A program made the translations under genes and the position numbers. The notes beneath the pieces were generated by a model. The model was not told where the DNA came from and did not search any database. It saw only the letters and a program-made list of their open reading frames with translations. Positions 1 to 10,646 of a stretch of 64,000 nucleotides of DNA are shown piece by piece. Positions within the stretch are counted from its first letter, which is position 1. Every line of letters begins with the position of its first letter. The DNA is taken from NCBI GenBank assembly GCA_043228905.1, contig JBHGNT010000007.1:1922001-1986000 (forward strand), written 5' to 3'. The stretch is from Azolla caroliniana. Taxonomy: Eukaryota; Plantae; Polypodiophyta.

Positions 1-437
1 CCTGCTTGTTATGATCCTAACCGGAATTTTAAATTTTTAACAGGCCACACTCCTACACGTGATAATGTCAACCAAAATGTGTTGAAAATTTTCTTTTCGT
101 GCATACGAAATCAAATAAATAAAAATTGGCGCATTCCATTTACAAGAAGGGGAAACATATGTACACAATCCATGTATTCCGAATATAATAAGAAGATTAA
201 AATACTTCGGATATATGGAAGATTATGAGGCAATAAAGGATAAAGTTTCCATTATAGATTGTCCAATCTATCAAAAAATAAAGAAGAAAGAGGAAGGCTC
301 ACATTAGCTTACATGCACATGCAAATCCATGTATTTAAATGTGGAAGAAATTGAGGGAACAAATATATTGCAAACAATATTTTGAGGGAAAAGATCAAAA
401 GAAACTAGTGTATATATTAAAACAAGATGACAATACA

Positions 438-800
438 AATGCAAGATAATTATCAGTTATGGACGCTCATGATTATAATAACACTTGATATGACGGGGTA
501 TTTGAACTCTAAACTATTCAAATGAAACATCAACCCATGGGCCATAAATAATTGAGTTTGAACTCATATGATGTAATAGAACATAAAATTGATGGAATAT
601 AATATGTTTGGAGTTAAGACATCTGTGCAAATCGGAAAAGGAATCTTGGAGTTAAATTTACAAGTACAAAATGTTTCACCATTTAAATGATCCACGAAAG
701 ATAAAGAAGAGTGTTAAACGACCAGGTGTGTTCATTTTCTCTTCTCCAAAGAAGGGTGAATGTGAAATAATGCAAGATAATTATCAGTTATGGACACTCA
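438..800. repeat. Dispersed 32-bp direct repeat (438-469 and 769-800)
   Basis: AATGCAAGATAATTATCAGTTATGGAC[G/A]CTCA occurs twice with one mismatch, in AT-rich DNA with no recognisable coding function. Confidence 0.8.
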
Positions 801-2293
801 ACATACAATCAAAAAAACAATACACAATCAAAACAAACAAAATTTCAACATTGAAAAGATTTTTTATTTTTAAACAGCAATACCAAAACTCAATTTCCCA
901 AGCATTTTTATTGATGAAGCCACGACAAGATTCAACGTGGTAATAATATATAATGTTTGTTGGTTTATTCCAAGTTTCACAAATATCATGTGGGAATATA
1001 TTTATTACATCCGTAATAAAACCATTGCTCTTTGCCACAAAAACCAAGTCTACCTTGGGAGAAGTAAATGTTTTAGAACAACTGTAACACATATCAAGTT
1101 TAAAGAATTAAACAATGGACAAGACGCTGTTTGGCCCGTGTCAATGATTACATATGGAATTCTATATGTAGCATCCAAATGCATGACTTCGTGGTCAGAA
1201 GAAGGGATAAACCCACTTTCATTGGAACTAACCATAATGAAGTAAAGTATGGGAGCATAATTGTTGGGATCTCTAAATGCCATGGCAATTATTCTCTTCA
1301 GTAAACCACTTGATTAATTTTACTGATTAACAAGATTCATAACATTTAGTTAATTGAATGCAGATATGGACATACACATGCTTGTTAACATTCTTCCATG
1401 TCCACCAAATTGTTTTTAACGTCAGCCATACGAAAGATTGCATGCACAAATCTTTAGAACCCTTTTCTGAGAAAGATCTAATTCTAGAAATATACAAGGG
1501 ACGATAAATAGAGTTTGGGTCACTCTAGGTTCAAAATAGTATTGAAGGGACGATGAGATAAGAGTACAACACACCAACTCTCTACATCCATTATACAAGG
1601 AATTCTAGAATAGGATAGAGATAGTGCAAAACATCAAGACTCACGAAAAAAATTATGAATGCCTGCATTTTATAGCTTTCTTTAGCAAGGCTTCTAATTG
1701 CATTAGCCTCACTACTGATGCATTTGGAAATAACTCAAACTAGGGTTGCCTTTGACGAGGTTACATCACATGAATCTGTAACCAAAACAATGTAGCTCTA
1801 TTTGAATGCATATTCTTTCTTATCCATTTGCATTCACCTTTATCTCTTACAGCTACTAACATAAAGCATTAACTCTGTAATGAATCATATAAAAGCAGCA
1901 TGGATTGCGCCAATGTTGGTATCAACCTCCATCTAATACAAGGCTTGATTTGTTGCCGTTGCTACCACCAATGGAACAACATTCAACAGTGTTGTATTCT
2001 CTATCAGCAAGGCTTTTGTTCTCACACACAAACAACCAGAATACCCAACGAATGTGATGATACATTTACTTCAAACATGAAATGCCAACATAATTTCTGA
2101 ACCATATAATACTCGAATACTCCTTTTAATGTATTTGATTAATCCTGACTTTTATTCATCATATTACCCCAAAGGGTAGGTTTATATGATACATCCTTTC
2201 ATGAATGAACAATTAATGCAAAAAAGTGTCATTTCCCTACATGATGACCTCTCCTTCTAATGATACAAAATGCCTCAGGAAAACCATGATTGA

Positions 2294-3821
2294 TTAATCA
2301 TCCTTCAGATGTCCAAACCTTAGATTCCATGCTTCTGAAGCTTCCTCTTGACTTCTAAATTTCCAAATATGAGCCTTCAGCTTTTCTTCTTGTCGGGATC
2401 GGAGGATTTCCTGCAGACAGTGTGCACATCAGCACTCAAAAGGAACAAAACTGTGCTGAGTAAAAAAGGATTTTGTAACATTTTCTTTCACACAGCCATG
2501 CAACAATCATAATTTGTTTGTGTTTTGGCAATCATAGTGTTCAAACTACAAATATGCACAGGGTGATAAGATTACAAATTTCGTGTCAGGGTGCTCAGAA
2601 ATGAGCAAATATAATTGAGTGGATAAAAGAGCAAATCAACTACAATCGGTACGATGGTGTGTAAATATTCATGTTATAAAGATATTAGAATGAATGCAAT
2701 AATATACATAGCAACTCAAGGGAAACATCAAGGTCCCATGGTGTAGTGGTTATCACATTTGCTTTACACGCAAAAGGTCGTGAGTTCAATCCTTGCTGGG
2801 GCCACCTCATTTATTACATTGCAAACATCAATCCTGAATGTTGGGTTCTATATAGGGCAAGAAGGCCTATTGATCGTATTCAACCTTACCTCATTACTAA
2901 CATGCGTATTAATTCTCATAGAGCCCTAACACTCCGCATTCGATCACAAAACTTAGGTATTGAAGTTGCATTATGGCATCAAAATCAGACAAATATAAAG
3001 ACATGTAAGGTATCCAAGGAAGGGCTAGTAGTGGATGAATGTCACTTGCATTTTACATGCTTTGCATATAGTGCAATTCGTGAAAGCTATGATGATGTAT
3101 TGAGAGGGGGTGATGACTTGAGTATCATATTAAAGAGAACACCTAGAAGGTTGAGCTCATGTGTATGCCTTATTCACACACCGAGACTTGGTGCTTCAAA
3201 GTATGAATATCCCTTCTTAGGAACTAGGCACACATCAAGATAACTTTTGTACTTAGGTCCTATGGGTCAATATTGGCCTCTCTATGGACGCTCAAAAATA
3301 TCTATCTATCAAAAAAAAATACACTCTACATTTACGGTGTTCCTACGCATCCAAAATGGTATCTAACAAAAGCTACATATATAAACATGAACCACTCATG
3401 TTTCTATCATTGATGGGCGGACTAAACCAAGATGGAGTATAGAACCAAGAGAAAGACTTTCAATATTGTTGTGCTTTCTACAATCATTTGGAGACATTTT
3501 GATGTGGTGTTACCTGTGCTCTTGATTCTGGCAATGTTTTCAAATTAAAGCAATCAAAAAGACTGGCCCATTTACTTCTGCAGTTGTCAAATACACCTTC
3601 CCTATAATACTCTTTCACTTGATGAAAGGGTGCTGCAAATTGACAAAGATTTATTAGATTATAAAATTAACTTTCAAAACCAAGAATCTCTGCGGACTGT
3701 TGACAACAAGATATAATCACTTACAATAGCAAAACCATATAGCATCAACATACTTCACGCAACTCAAAGGGATCTTCTCTGGTTGTTCTGATTTTTCTAC
3801 AGTCTTTCCTGTTTCTTCCAT
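2294..3821 (-). CDS. DUF3128 / Emi1-like twin-Cx9C small protein, 110 aa, 3 coding exons (3821-3725, 3632-3514, 2410-2294)
   Basis: Manually spliced on GT-AG introns with consistent phases: MEETGKTVEKSEQPEKIPLSCVKYVDAIWFCYSPFHQVKEYYREGVFDNCRSKWASLFDCFNLKTLPESRAQEILRSRQEEKLKAHIWKFRSQEEASEAWNLRFGHLKDD*. It has two Cx9C motifs plus the 'LSC..Y.DA.WFCYSP', 'YYR.G..D.C' and 'HIW..R' motifs I recognise from plant DUF3128 proteins. Confidence 0.88.
2732..2804 (+). tRNA. tRNA-Val(TAC), intronic and antisense to the DUF3128 gene; functional status uncertain
   Basis: 73 nt. Acceptor GGTCCCA/TGGGGCC plus discriminator A, D-arm GTG/CAC, anticodon arm TTTGC-TTTACAC-GCAAA, T-loop TTCAATC. The T-stem has two G-U pairs and only TTT follows downstream. 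Confidence 0.85.
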
Positions 3822-4460
3822 GCCTAAATTCACAATAAGTAAACAGGTTTTCTGTACACAGGTACATTTACATTGATTTATGCTCATGAACTATCTTTAA
3901 ATTAAAGCAGTGGTTTTAAACAATACTATAGTAGCTGTTTAGAACACAGAGGTGGTCAATGTACAAAAATCACTGGACAAATACATCGAATCACAATGAT
4001 GTAACTTGATATTCAATACAAGGATTTATAGATTTATAGATTTATACAACACAACTTGATATGCAAGGACTCGTACACAACAACTTGATAGAAGACAAGA
4101 CAATAGAGGTTACGTATGACAACAAATGCATGTACCTCACAAGAGTGTGATAACTCCAAATTTAACTGAGTATGAGAATGATTCATACAAGGCAACTTGA
4201 TATTCGACACATTTAGAGACGAGGTAGTAGACAATGAGTGTGGAAGGGGAGAGAGAGAAAGAGAGGTTCAATTTTATGTAAGTCTAGATTAAAGATCCTA
4301 ATAGTATGTCAATAATTTGATGTTATTCTTCTGCACTATAGTTGGCTCCCTAAATACTAATAAATCATCACCTATAACTCTTGAAAAAACTTTACACATA
4401 ATAGTCATCTGTAATAGTCATCTGTGTGTAAAGAAAGAGAGGGGGGGATTGAAGCCATAC

Positions 4461-4489
4461 CTTGTAGAAGGTTCTTTGTGAAATCCTTC
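4461..4489 (-). other. Probable 29-nt 5'UTR exon of the DUF3128 gene
   Basis: Flanked by acceptor ...GATACAG and donor GTATGG on the - strand. The first coding exon has its own acceptor (TTTAG|GCATG) 2 nt before the ATG, so an upstream exon is required. Confidence 0.55.
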
Positions 4490-4664
4490 CTGTATCAGAA
4501 AAAATCAAATTACAACATAGGTCAGAGAAAAAACAACAAAGAAACGTGACATAGCTGTACAAAGACAGGAGAAAGAAATCACAGAGAAGTGTAAACACTT
4601 TACACAGGTACATGGAAAAAAACGGGGAAGATTCCCGTTAACACAAGAGTAATATGATGATGGT

Positions 4665-4845
4665 TTAGGGTTTTGAACCCATGACCAATGAAGCAAAAAC
4701 AGCAGATACTTTTGTCCATCCCTATTTTTATTAAAATTTAAATCCACGTTGATGTGGCACAACGTCATTGGCCCATACGGGGCGATCTACCACTGATGTG
4801 GCACTACACGATTGATCAGGAAGGGCAATCCCTGCTGATGTGGCA
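4665..4845 (-). promoter_or_regulatory. Promoter of the DUF3128 gene: telo-box plus site II
   Basis: AAACCCTAA (4673-4665), TGGGCC (4775-4770) and three GATGTGGCA copies (4751, 4795, 4837). Telo-box plus site II is a known plant housekeeping promoter combination. Confidence 0.55.
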
Positions 4846-7800
4846 TGACTGCCTTCGGTCCCGGACAACAGTTCATGCATATGTTATCCAATTCAATTTG
4901 GTTACATTTGGTATCCAGGTTTTTTTAAATCCATACCTCGATTGACATTGTATAAAAACAAAAATTCAAACACAAATTAATAGATACATTTCGAAGTCAT
5001 TGGCTGGTATGGTTATAAAACCTTTTAGGTGCACGCTTACAAGATTGTATCCCCAAACTGCTCAATATTAATAGTTTTTTTTTACTGTTTCTATTAGTCT
5101 ATTCGAGTGCACAGTCGTAGAGTTTGATTGTGGCATGAGAACTCATACTAGTATTTCAATCTAAATGAAACATCTATCAATCCATATGCAGTTCCTCGAT
5201 GGATCCAAAACCAAGCTTTTGAGAAACCAAAAACATGTACAAGATTGATCAAAAACAATACACCTCAACATATAATATTTGCAACCCCTTCATGAACAAA
5301 TTGTTGGTAACATGCATTCAGTCATAAATAGTTCACAATATACATCACACTCAATCAAACGTTTCATCCATTGTTTAAATGCCATCCTATTCATCTTCAG
5401 AAGAGTATATATCTACTATACAATAATATTTGCTAAATCCTTTTCATGACAGTGGTTATGCATGAGACGACTGAAGTTGTATTCCATACATAACTTGAGT
5501 CTTGAATGCATTATGTTAGACTGCGCCCACAAAATGGCCCAAGCTAAAATGGTCAGCTAGTAATCAAGAAATGCCACATGTTTGGCTGTGTAGGAAAGAA
5601 TTAGATTGGTCCCTTTGTACAATAATTGTGATAGCAAGTAGTTAAAAATTGTATGCCTAAAGTGGCTGAAGAATTTGACCTCCAACTCTTGCAAAAAATA
5701 TCACTCTGAATGTGAGCTAGAAATAAAGGAAGTTCCATTGATTCCCTCTAACATTTCCCAGCGGCAACATGACTTTTATTTCCATTCATGAAAAGATAAA
5801 AGTTTTCATTCATGCTCTACATGCAGACACGCCTTGCAATGGTGATCAAAGTTTATTTGTTACTGTTACCTCCCTTTTCAATTTCGTTCATTCCCAATAA
5901 TCTATTAGAGATATAGACACAATCCTCATGGATACCAGACTAAGCTGTCTGTATTCACAAGAGTTTACTGGAAGATAAACTGGCATTTGTCTGCATTTGT
6001 CTTTGTCCACACCAATCCGAATCTAGTGTCCTAGCAAAATCATCAACCTCCATGCATTGTTTAATCATGCAGATGAAAATAAATAGTGTAATATATCTAC
6101 TTTTGTTGCACCTCATTTTATCATTACTTCTTTCAATATAATTATATACTTTCGTAGTTTGTCATTGGACGTCAACTTCAGTATACCTGTCCTATTAGTC
6201 CTTTATTATAGGATCTAAATCATCTCCATTGAACTCATTCTCAAGGACAAAGCTATCATCCACACGATGCAGGTCCACCTTATCATGAATGACTCTACCT
6301 AACATATCAAGCCTTATACAGACAACCAACTTCAGAATTTTAAAGACACCACAAGGGATCAGCCATATATGACAGACAAAATGTGGCACTTTCTATCACT
6401 AACACATGAAGAGGTTCCTTCTTCCTTCAATGATTCCACTTTTGCATTTTCTATCCTTGCCAGTTTTGTACACTATAGGAATGAAGAACATGTATTGTTG
6501 AGTCCTCAATATTTAACATTAAATGAATTTGAATGGTCAGCAATTACAAGAGAGTGCTGCTTCAGATCAGGGGGAGAATTTTGTTTCATAAGATGCATGC
6601 TTGAGACTGACAAAGCCCTGAATTATTCTTATATAATTAGGTATCATGAGGAATTTCCATCATAAAGTCATAACAAAAGCCACAGAAACATCTGGAAACC
6701 CCATCAGCTATCACAGAAATAATGGCTCTACACACAGGACTCAAAAGCTTGCTTGTTTATTGTGACTGCTGAAAATATAGGCAACGTATCAAAGATAGAC
6801 ACAAGTCATTAAAACAGAATCAGTACTTAACTTTAAGCATTTAGGTTTAGTATTGCACTAAAAGGTTGGAAACCAAGTGGTTTTACGTTTGTGTAGTCTC
6901 CTGTTTCCATAATCCCTATTTATGGAAAATAGGCACTTAGTCATTTCTCTACAGTCACTTGGGATGGCCGTTTTTCAGCTTCATATCCTTTGTACATTCT
7001 AATCTCTGAGCCCCTCATCCAGTTATAACAGGAGGTGACAGCCATTTTGATATTTTGCATTTAACTATTGCAGTTAACCTTAATTCAAAAAAGAACTAAT
7101 TTTTTATCATGCATGGGAACCCAGTTCAATGTACCTACTCAGATTTGACCAGCGTGGTTTAGCAAAAGTTTTGCTTTTTCTAAGGGTTCAAGTGAAGCTC
7201 ATACATACAATATCTGCGTTCGCATACTTTCACCCATTGAATTAGTTCCTAAATATGTGTGTTTGTGTATATATATGTATATATCCCTTCCTTCCTGATG
7301 AACATGCCTCCCTTTTCTTAGCATTCCTTAAATCTATCTAAAATCCTACAACTTTTGGCCACTAATTTCTCACTATGACCCAATCACGTCATAATACAGG
7401 TCTTATACGCATCAAGAGGTGAGCCTTCCTCTTCTTTTGAGTTCGGGAACAATTGTAACTCATTCATGAACACAGCGCAGATTTCATCTAGGATGTCAAA
7501 CAACTTCCGAATTTCAACATGTGACCGAACCTCGATCTCGGGCGATATTGCATTGACTTCATCTAGACATAGGAAATAAACCATCTTGCCAACAAGCTTG
7601 TAGTTTTCTTAATCCACGTATAGAATTTGTGTTTGCACATTTGAATGTTCTTTGTCCAGAGTTTTGCAATAGTGGCATGGACCTGCTCGCCAGTGAGATT
7701 CGCAAACTGATCAGCTACCTACAGGTGGTGTTGTAGGTTAGTAATGGTGTGGTTTGCCACACATGTTTTCTCCCAGGACAAATAACTGGTACAGGTCAAC

Positions 7801-8359
7801 GAGGGTAGAGAATGGCAGTAAAAAGTGGTCAGGCCATTTGACCAGGCGGTTTTGTGATGTGGTGTGGGTGTGGAAGATGAGAGAATAAGTGTGAGACAAA
7901 GTCAAGTCTTCGGATGACTTGGCATCTGGACAAAGCCAAGACTGCATGAAGAATAGAAGAGGAAAAGGAAGAGCAATGAAGGTCAAGTCACATGGTAAGG
8001 GCTGACCATATCTAAAGAAAAGGTCAGGGAAAAATTAATAACAGCTCTAGACTACAGGGAAATAAAAAGGATAAAGCTATAATGTGCAAGGAATGCAGGA
8101 GGGTGTGGGTGTGCTGTGAAGACGAATGTGCTGCGTGCACTTTCGATCAAACACCAGGGGATTTGCCAAAAGAAAAAGCCACTGAAGTAAGTGGTCAGCC
8201 AAAGAAACATAGGAGGACACATTTTGGCCAACAAGAGAGATCAAGTGAGAGTTATAAAATGAAGAAGATAGCTATAAGCAGTAAATTAACTGTGAGCAGT
8301 TAAACAGAAAGAAAATGATATATCTTGTGTGACAGCAAAAGTACATAAGGTCAATCAGA

Positions 8360-8590
8360 AAACCACCATGGATAATATAATTAGTGAACCACGGGAGAAA
8401 TAATAAGCAAACCATAGGAGAAGCAATTAGCAAACAATGGAAGATAATTAGGAAACTAGAGGAGATTGCAAACCAGAGAAGGTAGCAAGCAAACGACAGA
8501 AGGTAATTAGCAAACCATGGGATGTAAAGTAGCGAACCACAGGAAGTAATTAGCAAACCTACTACATAAGGCAATCCGCAAAACCACAGA
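8360..8590. repeat. Degenerate minisatellite, about 21-25-bp period, core ATTAGCAAACCA
   Basis: About nine to ten variants, e.g. ATTAGTGAACCACGGG, ATAAGCAAACCATAGG, ATTAGCAAACAATGG, ATTAGCAAACCATGGG, ATTAGCAAACCTAC. Confidence 0.65.
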
Positions 8591-8996
8591 GCGTAAATAC
8601 GCAAAACACAGGTACATAAATTAGCTCTAGTTTTGCACAGGCATCAAATGATGGAACTTGCCATGCAAACCTTACAGAAAGGAAAAGCAAGATTCTCTGC
8701 TAGAAGTTAGAGAGAGCTTCTCTTAAAACCAGTTCTGCAAGCCTTTTACCTTCAATGGAGGAGAATTGATCATCTTCGAAGGGTAGAGAACAAAAAAAAT
8801 GCTGGTTGTTTCAGACAACGAGAGCAAAATCTCAGAAAAATAGTAGAAATCAGAAATGCAAACCTGGTGCTTGGCAGCTTCCAATCAGGAAATCTGAGGA
8901 TGCAGGAGCTGATCCGTTATGGGAAGGATCCACACCAAAACTAATAATTGGACGTTTTGTTGTATGTGCACCGAAGGTAAAGGGTCAGGGTGAGTA

Positions 8997-9039
8997 TAGG
9001 GTTAGGGTTAGGGTTAGGGTTAGGGTTAGGGTTAGGGTT
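8997..9039 (+). repeat. (TTAGGG)6 interstitial telomere-like tract
   Basis: Six perfect TTAGGG units at 9002-9037, plus partial units on both sides. Confidence 0.95.
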
Positions 9040-9430
9040 GGTAAGTAAGAGAAGCTGCATATAGGGAGGGGCATTCAAGAGGATTTCAAATTTGTGAAGC
9101 AAGACTCGAGAGGCCTCCAATAGCTGGCTCGCTTGTGGTCCCGTAGGGTCGTCTTTTGTCCGCCCGCCCGTCCATAGAAGCCCTACTTTTCGACCCGAAT
9201 GGAACTCTTCCCGTGACCGGACTGTGCACTGTGTGCATTGCATGTAACTGTCTATCCTAGTGTTTTGCCAGGACCCGTGCTCGCAAACATATTACAACTA
9301 ACACGGACATATATGTATGTATATATGTGTATGTGCGTGCATATGTGTGTGCCACTGTTGAATAACGTGTCATTGGTGTTGTCAAGGTATTGCCTCTACA
9401 ATACAACTCAACTTGCAAACCCATACATTG

Positions 9431-9432
<2 letters not shown>

Positions 9433-9468
<36 letters not shown>

Positions 9469-9490
9469 GTGCGTGCGTGTGTGTGTGTGT
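9433..9490. repeat. (GT)n / (GCGT)n microsatellite
   Basis: Seen directly in sequence. Confidence 0.9.
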
Positions 9491-10475
9491 CTTACTCCCA
9501 AGCTACGCATCCAGTTGCTCTCTACATCATGTGTCGTGTGACCTCCTCGCCCCTCTGCTTCTGCATTCGTACATACGCACGCACTCGGCTCAACAGGCTT
9601 CTCTTCTACATGTGCTTTGTGCAAGATTTTTTATGGTTATGGTATCAGCCCACGAGATCTTTGTAAGCATACAATGCATCTTACTTCCGTGCAAATTGCA
9701 CATCTTTTTGCTCTTGAAGTTCCTCCATAATTGGCACGTCACGTAACTCGCCTTGGCGTCTTCTACATGTGTGCATTCGGTTAAACGGTTGTATATCGCA
9801 ATAATTCCATGGTCATAAGTCGTGTACTTTGAAGAATTGTCAACATCTTGTTGGAATATATAAAATTGCTTGTCTCTAGCCATCCACATCACTGAAATAA
9901 TAGAGAAAAAAAAGGTGGCAAATTTGAAAATGAACAAAACATATGAATTCAACAAATGATGTCATGTTTTCACATTATACCCTATTGTTATTCACATTCT
10001 ACCATGTTCACTTCAATAAATCATGAACTTAATATTGGCACACTATACACATGGTCTAGATACATAATAAACTTAACTAGCGTGTATGTTCATTCAAGAT
10101 CGTGCATGTGCATTTGTGTTAGTTATTTGTCGTGTTTGTTCATGCTTGCATATTTTACATTTTGTACATTACATGTTGCAAGTTCTTTGCATTTCACCCT
10201 CACTTAGATGGTTCACGCCACTAATGAATATTATGTGCAACGCATGTATGCTGAACGGCTCCTTGATTGTTTGGTTGTAAATAAATGTGTATTGGCATAG
10301 CTTTGATTGATGTATTTGACATTTCTCTCATATAAAACAGCTATGCATGTATGTTCTTTCAATGTAAAGTCATTTGGCATAACCAAAGCAAGTGATATAT
10401 CGTTGTTTTCCTATACCATAACTCTTTTGTAGTTTCTTGAGTTGTCCCCTATTATGTTTTTCAATCTGCCCAAAG

Positions 10476-10646
10476 GGAAATGCCATTAGGTAGTCATGTT
10501 ATTAAGTTTAGTTAAAACTTAAGAGTATTTTCTTTTGCCTTTTCTTATTATTCTTGATATTGGAAATGCCATTAGGTAGTCATGTTATTAAGTTTAGTTA
10601 AAACTTAAGAGTATTTTCTTTTGCCTTTTCTTATTATTCTTGATAT
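10476..10646. repeat. Perfect 85-bp tandem duplication (10476-10560, 10562-10646)
   Basis: Two identical copies of GGAAATGCCATTAGG...TTCTTGATAT separated by one T. Confidence 0.95.

Noticed and set aside
600-1283. MULE transposase remnant (VMHLDATY; CTCKFNSKIPFPIC SWIM-like)
   Set aside because: Motifs are too short, the SWIM His is missing and no continuous frame exists. It needs a blastx search.
2746-3243. 165-aa ORF on the + strand
   Set aside because: It starts at a GTG inside the tRNA gene, lies within an intron of the opposite-strand gene and has no recognisable motif.
5500-6050. Ulp1-protease-like fragments (DHFSL/AILW on -, WHLSAFVFV on +)
   Set aside because: The candidates lie on opposite strands and no QxNxxDCG catalytic motif was found.
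8600-9230. Telomerase RNA gene near the TTAGGG tract
   Set aside because: No USE (TCCCACAT) plus TATA promoter nearby, and six tandem units is not a template architecture.
9255-9285. Helitron 3' end (GCACGGG...CTAG on the - strand)
   Set aside because: The partner arm of the hairpin is missing and CTAG is not followed by T.
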